This document shows positions 37,731 through 47,477 of a stretch of DNA of 64,000 nucleotides, in pieces. The position numbers and the translations under genes are program-made. The stretch lies in NCBI RefSeq assembly GCF_000026545.1, contig NC_011601.1; one strand, given 5' to 3'. The notes under the pieces were generated by a model. It saw only the letters and a list, made by a program, of their open reading frames with translations, was not told the DNA's origin and made no database searches. Position 1 is the first letter of the stretch; each line of letters starts with the position of its first letter. The stretch is from Escherichia coli O127:H6 str. E2348/69. Lineage in GTDB: Bacteria > Pseudomonadota > Gammaproteobacteria > Enterobacterales > Enterobacteriaceae.

Positions 37731-38334
37731 AGGCATGGTTATGCCATACAGAAAGCACCAGCATTCAGAACTCCTGTGAAAGCGGCGTAGTGCCACCTGC
37801 TCAGGAGTTTTGCTATGACCCGTAATCGTGCTGACCGTTGCCACCCTATGATGCGATTAAAAAAACTCATCGTCGCGCCGATGATTGACGTCAATGCTAT
37901 CGGATGATGTCAGGGGTGTTCCGGAAGGAATTCCTTGTTTCCCGAACTGTTACCAACAAAATTATAACGATGAGCAAGTTAAGACCGGTTGGTAGCAGTA
38001 CTGACCGGTCTGTGATGGATGATTAATTTCACCTTAAATCCGGGTGCTGTTAGGATGCTGACATTTTTCGGCTACACCATTCAGATTATGCAATTAAAGA
38101 TCCAATCAAAAAATAAACATCCCTGTATATAATATATTCATAGCACCTATAATTCATTTTGGGCGATAACTAAACCATTTTTGAGTAACAAATGAAACAA
38201 CTGCAACGGACTTATTATTTCTGGAAAACGTCTCGCAAAAACAAAACAATATGAAAAAATCCGCTTTCGTTAATTAACTTTCCGGCGTAATTTTCGCACA
38301 TACATTAATGAGTAATATATGTAAGGTGGTGGTA

Positions 38335-38553
38335 ATGGCGATGAATACGGTTTTTCTTCATTTATCAGAAGAGGCAATTAAACGGCTGAACAAGCTTCGG
38401 GGATGGCGTAAGGTTTCGCGCTCTGCAATTTTACGCGAAGCGGTAGAGCAATATCTGGAGCGGCAGCAATTTCCGGTGCGTAAGGCAAAAGGCGGCAGGC
38501 AAAGGGACGAGGCAGTTGGTGTTGAAGAACTATGTAAGCAGCATAAGGAATGA
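38335..38553 (+). CDS. Ribbon-helix-helix (CopG-like) small protein, YiiE/YiiF family
   Basis: 72 aa from the ATG at 38335 (MAMNTVFLHLSEEAIKRLNKLRGWRKVSRSAILREAVEQYL...), RHH signature; which of the two K-12 paralogs (yiiE or yiiF) it corresponds to is uncertain. Confidence 0.7.
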   Translation: MAMNTVFLHLSEEAIKRLNKLRGWRKVSRSAILREAVEQYLERQQFPVRKAKGGRQRDEAVGVEELCKQHKE

Positions 38554-38776
38554 CAAAAAGATTTTTTCATTCTTGAATATAAAAACAAAAAACCAGATGA
38601 CCTTATTCTGGTATTAATACAAGGTTGTTTTACTTGAACTTATAATAACTGCAACTGTTACATCATATCTGGAAAACGCCTCGCGAAATACGAGAGATTT
38701 TGCGGGAATAGCAGGTGTCGTCACACCCTATGAGCTGTAATCCGGGCGACCAGCGCCACCCGGAAAACGTCAGAGA

Positions 38777-39706
38777 TTACTCCCCTTCACCCGGAAACAG
38801 GAACGGGTTAATGGAACTACGGGCATAGCCTTCTTGCTCCATTCGCGCGTCCAGTACCAGAGAGGCGAGGTCATCTGCCACGGCTTCAACTTTCGGTTCT
38901 TTTTCCTGATAAAGAATCTTCAGGTAAGTGCCGCAGTCATCGCAGCTTTCGGCTTTAATCGCGGCCTGTTCGTCATCCAGCGACCAGTAATGCAGTTTGC
39001 CGCTCTGTTCACAGTTGCTGCATTTTACGCGCACTACGTGCCATTCAGTTTCACACAGGTTGCAGCGCAGGTAACGCAGACCCTGAGTGGTGCCAATTTG
39101 CACCATGCTGGACACCGGCATAGAGCCACATACCGGGCAATATTGACGTTGTTCGCCGTATTCAGCGCGGGCTTTGCCGGGGATCAGATTAGCCATCTGC
39201 GCCCAGTAGAGCGACAGCGCAGCCCAGATAAACGGCGCTTTATCGCTGCTGACGGACGAGAAATCAGAGGCAAACAGCGCGCTGGCCATATCTTCCAGCT
39301 CCTGAGTCGATGCCTTCTCCAGATTCTCAATCACTGCCAGCGCCGGGCCGCTCATTTCAGGTTTCAGCTCAGCAATTAGCGCCATCAGCAGCTTTTGCCA
39401 GTGCTTATCACGCGGCAGAACGTGAATATCCAGCGGGGGCTTGCCCTGTGCGCTGGCTTCTTTAATGCGCGCGGTCAGATCCATCTCCAGCGGATGGTCG
39501 TACAGCACCACTTCCTGGGCGTGGGCGATAAGCGCAGCAAAGCGCAGGTAATCACCCAGCGGATTATTTTCTGCCAGCTCGCGCAGACGCTCGGCGCGGC
39601 GGTTGTATAAATTCTTGAGCCGAGGGAACAATAACGGCGGAATCATATCCGCCGTACGTTTCTCGCTCGAACCCAGCTCATCTTGCGGGATTATGCGAAT
39701 ACTCAT
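38777..39706 (-). CDS. fdhE: Formate dehydrogenase formation protein FdhE
   Basis: 309-aa ORF with four CxxC pairs ([27 protein letters not shown]). Confidence 0.93.
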   Translation of the reverse strand: MSIRIIPQDELGSSEKRTADMIPPLLFPRLKNLYNRRAERLRELAENNPLGDYLRFAALIAHAQEVVLYDHPLEMDLTARIKEASAQGKPPLDIHVLPRDKHWQKLLMALIAELKPEMSGPALAVIENLEKASTQELEDMASALFASDFSSVSSDKAPFIWAALSLYWAQMANLIPGKARAEYGEQRQYCPVCGSMPVSSMVQIGTTQGLRYLRCNLCETEWHVVRVKCSNCEQSGKLHYWSLDDEQAAIKAESCDDCGTYLKILYQEKEPKVEAVADDLASLVLDARMEQEGYARSSINPFLFPGEGE

Positions 39707-40338
39707 TCAGCTTTCTTTTCCGTTGTCTTGCGGACCTCACGGTACCAGCGCGGGTGATGTTTCTTTGCCCAGGCGCTGGTCACCCATCCTTCCACCATGG
39801 CGGTAATCGTGCCTTTCACCCAAAGGGCGGCGTAGATATGCACCATGATAACCACAATTAACGCCACTGCGGCAAATGAATGCAGCATTAACGCGAATCG
39901 GATCACCGGGATTGAGAAAGCAGGCGCAAAATAAGGACGCCAGATAATCACGCCGCTCACCAGCAGCAGAACCAGGAAAATAATCGCCGCCCAGAAAACG
40001 CATTTCTGACCGAAGTTATAACGCCCGGTGTCACCTACTTCCTCGTTGACGACGATCTTACGAATATTCTTCGCCCAAAAGATATCATCCCGATTGATTA
40101 GGTTGTGATGCCAGTAACGGAAAAACATGATGATGAACGAGGCAAACATAACCACGCCGACAAACGGGTGCAGAATGCGCGCCAGCTGCGGTGTGCCCAT
40201 GATTTGCATCAACCAGTTGAAGGACGGGAACAAAAAGCCCAGCCCGCTCACCGCCGCCAGGATGAAGCAGAAGGCGGTGATCCAGTGGTTGATACGTTCC
40301 GGCGCGGTGTAGCGCACGATGGTGTCACGTCGTTTCAT
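39703..40338 (-). CDS. fdoI: Formate dehydrogenase-O cytochrome b556 subunit
   Basis: 211-aa membrane ORF with haem-ligand histidines; overlaps fdoH stop. Confidence 0.9.
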   Translation of the reverse strand: MKRRDTIVRYTAPERINHWITAFCFILAAVSGLGFLFPSFNWLMQIMGTPQLARILHPFVGVVMFASFIIMFFRYWHHNLINRDDIFWAKNIRKIVVNEEVGDTGRYNFGQKCVFWAAIIFLVLLLVSGVIIWRPYFAPAFSIPVIRFALMLHSFAAVALIVVIMVHIYAALWVKGTITAMVEGWVTSAWAKKHHPRWYREVRKTTEKKAE

Positions 40339-41237
40339 TTGCGCTCCTCGTCTTTCTCTTCGTGCAGATTATTCTCTTCCTCATCCGCACGGTTCGGACC
40401 GACACCCACGTAGTGGAAGATACTGGCTGCGAAGGTAGCCGCAAAGCCAACAGCTGCGAGCGGTTTCCAGATGCCTTTCCAGAATTTCACGGTTTCGCTG
40501 ATTTCCGGGTTCTCCGGCAAGCCATGATACAGATTTGGCTTGTCAGCATGGTGCAGCACGTACATAACATGTGTACCACCGACGCCTGCCGGGTCGTACA
40601 AACCCGCATTGTCGTAACCACGGGTTTTCAGCTCCGCCACGCGCTCGCTCGCCAGCGTTTTCATCGACTCTTTCGTACCGAAGTGAATCGCGCCCGTTGG
40701 GCAGGTCTTCACGCAGGCCGGTTCTTGCCCAACCACCACGCGGTCAACGCACAGCGTACATTTGTAGACGCGGTTGTCTTCCGGGTTGAGGCGCGGAATG
40801 TCGAACGGACAGCCCGCAATGCAATAACCGCAGCCGATGCACTGCTCGGACTGGAAGTCGACGATACCGTTGGAATACTGAATAATTGCCCCTTCCGCCG
40901 GGCACGCTTTCAGGCAGCCTGGATCGGAACAGTGCATACAGCCGTCTTTGCGGATCAGCCATTCCAGTTTGTCGTTCTGCTCCACTTCCGAGAATCGCAT
41001 CACCGTCCACGATTTGGCACTTAAATCATTGGGGTTGTCGTACACCCCAATGTTATTGCCGACGGTATCGCGAATGTCGTTCCACTCTGAACACGCCACC
41101 TGACAGGCTTTACAGCCGATACAGGTGGTAACGTCGATGAGTTTCGCCACTTCTTCCTGGAAGTCCCGCGCCTGAGGCGCGGGGGTCAGACCGTTAGTCG
41201 CGGAACGACGAATGATATCTTGCGATTGATAAGCCAT
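40335..41237 (-). CDS. fdoH: Formate dehydrogenase-O iron-sulfur subunit
   Basis: 300-aa ORF with four ferredoxin-type Cys clusters ([44 protein letters not shown]...C) and a C-terminal transmembrane anchor. Confidence 0.93.
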   Translation of the reverse strand: MAYQSQDIIRRSATNGLTPAPQARDFQEEVAKLIDVTTCIGCKACQVACSEWNDIRDTVGNNIGVYDNPNDLSAKSWTVMRFSEVEQNDKLEWLIRKDGCMHCSDPGCLKACPAEGAIIQYSNGIVDFQSEQCIGCGYCIAGCPFDIPRLNPEDNRVYKCTLCVDRVVVGQEPACVKTCPTGAIHFGTKESMKTLASERVAELKTRGYDNAGLYDPAGVGGTHVMYVLHHADKPNLYHGLPENPEISETVKFWKGIWKPLAAVGFAATFAASIFHYVGVGPNRADEEENNLHEEKDEERK

Positions 41238-41249
41238 ATGTCGTCTCCG

Positions 41250-44200
41250 TTACACCTTTTCCACATTCACAAGGAAGGACTTAAACTCCGGCGTCTGCGT
41301 GTTCGCATCACCGACGAATGGCGTCAACGTATTGGCAATAAAGCCTTTTTTCGCAACACCTTCATAGCCCCAGTGAATCGGAATACCGATGGTATCGATA
41401 TCTTTGCCGTTTGCTTTCAGCGTGCGAATACGTTTGGTCACTACCGCTTTGGCTTTGATATAGCCACGGTTGGAGGAGACTTTCACAGTATCGCCCTGGG
41501 CAATGCCAAGTTTATTCGCCAGCGACTCCCCGATTTCCACAAACTGCTCTGGTTGCAAAATCGCATTCAACAGCGCGTGTTTGGTCCAGTAGTGGAAGTG
41601 CTCGGTCAGACGATAGGTGGTTCCGACATACGGGAACTTATCGGCTTTACCCAATGCTTCGGCGTCGTCTTTAAAGATACGCGCAGCCGGGTTCGAGATA
41701 ACGTTTGGATGCAGCGGGTTAGTTCCCAGCGGCGTTTCAAACGGCTCGTAGTGTTCCGGGAACGGACCTTCCGCCATCTTATCGAGGGCAAACAGACGTC
41801 CCATGCCTTCCTGCTGCATGATAAACGGCCCTACGCCGCTGCCCGGAGGCGCTGCGCTGTAGTCCGGAATATCCCAGCCGGTCCACTTAGTGCCGTCCCA
41901 TTTCAGCAACTGACGCTTCGGATCCCATGGGTTACCCTGCGGATCTGCGGAGGCGCGGTTATACAGAATGCGGCGGTTTAGCGGCCATGCCCATGCCCAG
42001 CCCAGCGTGTTACCGAGGCCAGACGGATCGGCGTTATCACGACGCGCCATCTGGTTGCCTTCCGGCGTCCAGCTACCGGCGAAAATCCAGCAGCCACAGG
42101 AGGTTGTACCGTCATCGCGCAGTTGGGCGAACGAGCTAAGTTGTTGGCCTTTCTTGACGATAACCGCACCGGTTGCCGGGTCGGTAATATCGGCCAGCGC
42201 TTTGCCGTTGCTCTCCATTGCCACTTCTTCTGAAGATGGCTCATGCGGAATGGCGTAGTTCCAGGTCATGTTCAGCACCTGGTCCGGGTTCGCGCCACCC
42301 TGTTCGGCATACATCTTGCGCAAGCGCAGGAAGATACCGGAGAGGATCTCGCCATCAGTCAGCGCAATCCCCGGGGCGTCCGCACCTTTCCAGTGCCACT
42401 GTAACCAGCGACCTGAGTTAACGATAGAACCGTTCTCTTCCGCGAAGCAGGTCGATGGTAGACGGAACACTTCGGTCTGGATCTTCGACGAGTCAACTTC
42501 GTTCAGCTCACCGTGGTTCTGCCAGAAGTTAGAGGTTTCAGTGTTCAGCGGGTCGATAGTCACGAGGAATTTCAGCTTCGACAGACAGCCGATCACTTTG
42601 TTTTTGTTCGGGAATGAGGCAACAGGGTTAAAGCCCTGGCAGATATAGCCATTGACCTTGCCTTCTTTCATCATCTCGAAGTATTGCAGGACGTCGTAGC
42701 CTTTATCCCACTTCGGCAACCAGTCAAAGCCCCAGCTATTTTCCGCCGTCGCTTTATCACCAAAGAAGGCCTTCATCATAGAGACGAAGAATTTCGGGTA
42801 GTTGCCCCAGTAGTTTACCTGGCCTTCCAGCAGCGGTTTTGGCGTGTTGGCGGTAAGGTAGGTTTGCAGATCGGTCTGCTTCTCGCTTGGCAGCGTCATG
42901 TAACCTGGCAGGCTCTGCGACAGCAGCCCCAGGTCGGTCAGCCCCTGAATATTGGAGTGACCGCGCAGGGCGTTAACGCCGCCGCCAGCCATCCCCATAT
43001 TGCCGAGCAGCAACTGGATCATCGCCATCGTACGGATGTTCTGCGCACCGATGGAGTGTTGCGTCCAGCCGAGCGCGTAAAGGAACGAGGCAGTTTTATC
43101 GTGAGCACTGGTTTCGGCGATGTATTCGCAGACTTTCAGGAATGCGTCTTTTGGCGTACCACAGATGTTTTCAACCACATCTGGCGTGTAGCGGGAAACG
43201 TGCTGTTTCAGCAAGTTCCACACGCAACGTGGATGTTGCAGGGTAGTATCGCGTTTGGCGAAGCCGTTTTCGTCCAGTTCGTAAGTCCAGGTGGACTTAT
43301 CGTACTTGCGTTTTTCCGCGTCGTAGCCGGTGAACAGGCCATCTTCAAAGCCGTAATCCTCACGCACGATCAGGCTAGCGTTGGTATAGGCTTCGGTGTA
43401 TTCGCGGTTGAATTTTTCATTGTTCAGCAGGTACAGCAATACGCCTGACAGGAAAGCAATGTCAGTACCGGAACGGATAGGGGCATAGTAGTCAGCCACC
43501 GCCGCTGTACGTGTAAAGCGAGGATCGATCACAATCAGCTTCGCGCCGTTGTGAATTTTGGCTTCCATCGCCCAGCGGAACCCGACCGGGTGAGCTTCAG
43601 CGGCGTTACCGCCCATCACCACGACGAGGTTGGCATTCTTGATGTCGACCCAGTGGTTGGTCATCGCACCGCGACCAAATGTTGGAGCAAGACTTGCTAC
43701 CGTTGGTCCGTGTCAGACACGCGCCTGGTTGTCGACCGCGAGCATACCCAGCGCGCGGGAGAATTTTTGCGTTAAATAGCCGGTTTCGTTACTCGACGCG
43801 GAAGCACACAGCATCCCGGTGGAGAGCCAGCGGTTAACAGTCACGCCTTCGGCGTTTTGCGCAATGTAGTTCGCATCGCGGTCTTCTTTCATCAGTTTGG
43901 CGATGCGATCAAACGCCTCTTCCCAACTGATTTGCTGCCATTTATCAGAACCTGGCGCACGGTATTCCGGAAACTTCAGGCGGCTTTCGGAGTGGATGAA
44001 ATCCACCAGGCCAGCGCCTTTCGGACAAAGTGCTCCGCGGTTGACCGGGTGATCCGGGTCACCTTCGATATGGAAGATAGATGCTTTGGCGTTTTTTGCT
44101 CCGTCACCGAGGCTGTACATCAACAGCCCACAGCCTACGGAACAATAGGTGCAGGTATTACGGGTTTCGCGGGTGCGCAGCAGTTTATACTGCCGGGTTT

Positions 44201-44300
44201 CCGCGAGTGCTACGCTGGGTGCAAAACCCAGTGCCGCTGCCGTGGTGCCTGCCATACCGCCAGCGCAGATCTTAAAGAACTGCCTTCTGCTGACCTGCAT
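41250..44300 (-). CDS. fdoG: Formate dehydrogenase-O major subunit (selenocysteine-containing; in-frame UGA at 43713-43715)
   Basis: Two track ORFs (43713..44300 and 41250..43664) are in the same frame, separated only by a TGA; joined product is 1016 aa with a Tat signal (RRQFFK) and ends ...QARV-U-HGPTVASLAPTFG, the canonical Sec site of formate dehydrogenases. Confidence 0.93.
43670..43712 (-). promoter_or_regulatory. Predicted bacterial SECIS hairpin immediately 3' of the fdoG UGA
   Basis: mRNA sequence after the UGA (CACGGACCAACGGUAGCAAGUCUUGCUCCAACAUUUGGUCG) can form a stem-loop; position inferred from the known requirement for a SelB-binding hairpin directly downstream of Sec codons. 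Fold not computed. Confidence 0.55.
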
Positions 44301-44493
44301 GGATTGCTCCTTGTTTCGACATTGTCACGTCCCATTTACATTCGCTTGCTGCGTGTGCAGGGAGTGGGAGTTATTTTTCTTTGCGGAAGGGGCCGCAAAG
44401 GTCCAGAATTGGCTCAATTTCCCTCCATCCAGGAAGGGTTTGTAACAGAATACCATAATGTTGGTGTGTGTGTTCTTATCTGGTTAATAGAAA

Positions 44494-45330
44494 GTGAAAA
44501 AAACACAGCAAAAAGAAATCGAGAATGTGACAAATATCACAGGTGTTCGTCAAATTGAGTTATGGCGGCGTGATGATTTACAACACCCACGGTTAGATGA
44601 GGTGGCGGAAGAAGTTCCCGTTGCGCTGGTCTACAACGGCATTTCGCATGTGGTGATGATGGCGTCGCCCAAAGACCTTGAGTACTTTGCGCTCGGTTTT
44701 TCGCTTTCCGAAGGAATTATCGAAAGCCCGCGCGATATCTTCGGCATGGATGTCGTTCCTTCCTGTAATGGCCTGGAAGTACAAATTGAGCTTTCCAGCC
44801 GCCGCTTTATGGGGTTGAAGGAACGCCGCCGGGCGCTGGCGGGACGTACGGGCTGTGGCGTATGCGGTGTAGAACAGCTTAACGATATCGGTAAACCGGT
44901 GCAGCCGCTGCCGTTCACCCAGACGTTTGATCTCAACAAACTGGATGATGCATTACGTCATCTCAATGATTTCCAGCCAGTGGGGCAACTGACTGGTTGT
45001 ACTCACGCCGCTGCATGGATGTTGCCATCTGGCGAACTGGTCGGCGGGCATGAAGACGTGGGTCGCCATGTGGCGCTGGACAAACTGTTAGGCCGCCGGT
45101 CACAAGAAGGGGAAAGCTGGCAGCAAGGTGCGGTGCTGGTTTCCAGCCGTGCCAGTTATGAAATGGTGCAAAAGTCGGCGATGTGCGGCGTAGAGATTTT
45201 GTTTGCGGTGTCTGCCGCGACCACACTTGCTGTAGAAGTGGCTGAGCGCTGTAATCTGACGCTGGTGGGCTTTTGTAAACCGGGTCGGGCAACGGTTTAT
45301 ACCCATCCGCAGCGTTTGGTTCATAATTAA
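44494..45330 (+). CDS. fdhD: Formate dehydrogenase sulfurtransferase/accessory protein FdhD
   Basis: 278-aa ORF with conserved CGVCG motif; divergently transcribed from fdoGHI-fdhE. Confidence 0.93.
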   Translation: MKKTQQKEIENVTNITGVRQIELWRRDDLQHPRLDEVAEEVPVALVYNGISHVVMMASPKDLEYFALGFSLSEGIIESPRDIFGMDVVPSCNGLEVQIELSSRRFMGLKERRRALAGRTGCGVCGVEQLNDIGKPVQPLPFTQTFDLNKLDDALRHLNDFQPVGQLTGCTHAAAWMLPSGELVGGHEDVGRHVALDKLLGRRSQEGESWQQGAVLVSSRASYEMVQKSAMCGVEILFAVSAATTLAVEVAERCNLTLVGFCKPGRATVYTHPQRLVHN

Positions 45331-45640
45331 AGAAATACCGCAATTCTGATTCTGGATTGCGGTTTTATTTTTCTATTAAATAATCCTCAATATATTATTC
45401 AGCATTTAAATAATAATTTCACCACAATAAATTATCTCGTTAATTCCGGTTTATATCGATATACTCCGGTCGCATTAATCCTTTAAGAATTAATCATTAT
45501 TTATATAAGACATTTTGTTTTAATCATCGCGTCAATAAATAAATGTTTCTGATGAGTGAATGCAAATAACAAACCTTGCACCGGTTGTAAAAACAGCAAT
45601 GTATTTTCAATAGTGGGTGATGGATTATGAGTATTGAAAA

Positions 45641-47476
45641 ATGAGTACATTACAGTTACCTGGCAGTTCATATTCTACTGAAGTTAATTTAAACGGCTTA
45701 ATTGAGGTGCTCAGTAAGCACCTTTACTCTACCCCCGTGGTCGCCGTGCGCGAGCTGGTGCAGAACGGACACGATGCGATCGTGCGCCGCAGGATTGAGC
45801 AGCCCGATGCGCCAAAGGATAACCAAATTCGTGTGGTGGCAGACGTGGCGAAGTCCACCATCACCATTACCGATACCGGTGCGGGTTTGACAGAAAGCGA
45901 AATTCACGGCTTCCTGGCAACAGTGGGCGTGGGTTATACCCGAATGTTGCGCCAGCAGGATGACAACACCGGTTTAATTGGTATGTTCGGCCTTGGTTTC
46001 TTGTCAGCATTTGTACTTGCAAAAGAGGTCACGGTGTTGACCACATCCTGGCAAACGCCGGATCAGAGCTGGAAATACCACTCTACCGACGGGCAAAAAT
46101 ATACCGTTACGCCGCATCAGTCCTCGGAAACGGGAACGCAGGTGATTCTGACGCTCAAAGAAGAGTACAGCCATCTGGCGAGTAACAATTTGCTGAACCG
46201 CGTTCTTTCCCGCTACTGTGTATTGCTGCACGAACCGGTCTATGTCGGCGATGCCAGCGAGCCGGTAAATAAACTTCAACCACCGTGGCGTGAAGTTGCC
46301 CCCGAAGGCGTAACCATACACCGCGCGCTGGTACAGCGTAAAAATCTCGCCTTTGCCGCCCAGTTTGAATCCTCCTTCGAACCGATTTGCACCATTCCGG
46401 TGGTGCCAGCGGGAATGAGCGACGCGGTTGGGATTTTATGGATTCAGGATGGCGCGACCTACGGCACCAGCGATAACCGCAACCTGTCGTTGTTTTTGCG
46501 CGGCATGTTACTGGATGATGAAGCGCGTGAGTTGTTACCGCCCTGGGCCGGATTTATTGGCGGCGTGATTGAGTCATCGAAACTGACGCCGACGGCGAGC
46601 AGGGAAGATCTCCAGCGGGATGCAACCTGGGTTGCGGTACAGGAGGCGTTAAAAGAGGCGCTGATTTCTGGTTTGTCCGATCTCGCACAAAATCAGCCAG
46701 AAATCTGGCGGCGGGTATTAATGCGCCACAACGAAGCGTTGCTGGGTGCGGCCTTGTGTGATGACCGTCTGTTTGATTTGCTCAAAGATCGCTTGCAGGT
46801 GCCAACGTCAAAAGGGGCGCTGCTGGCGAAGGATTTACGCGTTAATAACAGCATTCATATTCTGTTAAGCCGCGACGGCGGTTTTGAAGAGATGTTGTTC
46901 CATATTCTGCAACGGCCTGTAGCCCGTGGCGATCGCTATGCGGTGGTGCCATTTTTACGCCGTTGGGCGCTGTTATATCACTGCCGGATTGTCGAAGTCG
47001 GTACGCAAACGGGTAATGAGCAGTTGTTCAGCCTGGCAGAATTACCCAAAGAGCAGGTGGCTTATCTGGAAGAGCATCTCTGCGACGGCGAGCAATTAAT
47101 TATCTCACGCTTCGAACCCGCCGTTTTACCGTTAGTGGTTACACCAGACCGCGAAGCAGAATTAAAACAAATTCTCGAACAGGATGACGCAGATAAACGC
47201 ATCAGTACCGCAGCGTTAATGCTGGCGCGGCAATTTACCTCGCAAATCCAAAAATCTAAAACTTCAAGTCTGTATATCAACCTTAATAACCCCTGTGTCA
47301 TGCAACTGGTGACGGCCTTACAACACCATCAACAGCCAGCGGCAGCATTACGGTTATTAAAATCGCTGAAAGTGATTTTGTGCTCCAGCGGTAATAAAGA
47401 ACAGCAGTGGGATTTACACCAGGCACTGGAAGATTTTACTCAGGTTATTCCTGTCTTAATTAATCAAGGAAAATAA
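45641..47476 (+). CDS. Hsp90/HtpG-family paralog (GHKL ATPase), full length
   Basis: 611-aa ORF aligning by eye with HtpG through the N-terminal ATPase domain: N-box RELVQNGHDA (HtpG RELISNASDA), G1 ITDTGAGL (ISDNGVGM), G2 LIGMFGLGFLSAF (LIGQFGVGFYSAF), and beyond. Not the housekeeping htpG (wrong locus, divergent). Confidence 0.8.
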   Translation: MSTLQLPGSSYSTEVNLNGLIEVLSKHLYSTPVVAVRELVQNGHDAIVRRRIEQPDAPKDNQIRVVADVAKSTITITDTGAGLTESEIHGFLATVGVGYTRMLRQQDDNTGLIGMFGLGFLSAFVLAKEVTVLTTSWQTPDQSWKYHSTDGQKYTVTPHQSSETGTQVILTLKEEYSHLASNNLLNRVLSRYCVLLHEPVYVGDASEPVNKLQPPWREVAPEGVTIHRALVQRKNLAFAAQFESSFEPICTIPVVPAGMSDAVGILWIQDGATYGTSDNRNLSLFLRGMLLDDEARELLPPWAGFIGGVIESSKLTPTASREDLQRDATWVAVQEALKEALISGLSDLAQNQPEIWRRVLMRHNEALLGAALCDDRLFDLLKDRLQVPTSKGALLAKDLRVNNSIHILLSRDGGFEEMLFHILQRPVARGDRYAVVPFLRRWALLYHCRIVEVGTQTGNEQLFSLAELPKEQVAYLEEHLCDGEQLIISRFEPAVLPLVVTPDREAELKQILEQDDADKRISTAALMLARQFTSQIQKSKTSSLYINLNNPCVMQLVTALQHHQQPAAALRLLKSLKVILCSSGNKEQQWDLHQALEDFTQVIPVLINQGK

Positions 47477-47477
47477 A

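Noticed and set aside
37815-37907. 30-codon ORF (MTRNRADRCHPMMRLKKLIVAPMIDVNAIG) downstream of the antitoxin
   Set aside because: Too short and without recognisable features or a convincing ribosome-binding site; could be a degraded remnant but unsupported.
38834-39379. 181-aa plus-strand ORF
   Set aside because: Antisense to fdhE.
41220-43448. Plus-strand ORFs of 253 aa and 254 aa
   Set aside because: Antisense to fdoH/fdoG; Arg-rich shadow ORFs.
43857-44558. 233-aa plus-strand ORF spanning the fdoG 5' end and the fdoG-fdhD intergenic region
   Set aside because: Overlaps the fdoG N-terminal coding region in antisense and runs into the fdhD promoter and start; incompatible with the well-supported neighbours.
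45331-45640. AT-rich stretch upstream of the Hsp90 paralog considered as a possible degraded mobile element or att site
   Set aside because: No terminal inverted repeats or direct repeats could be identified by eye; more consistent with an AT-rich promoter/leader (possibly H-NS-bound) of horizontally acquired DNA.
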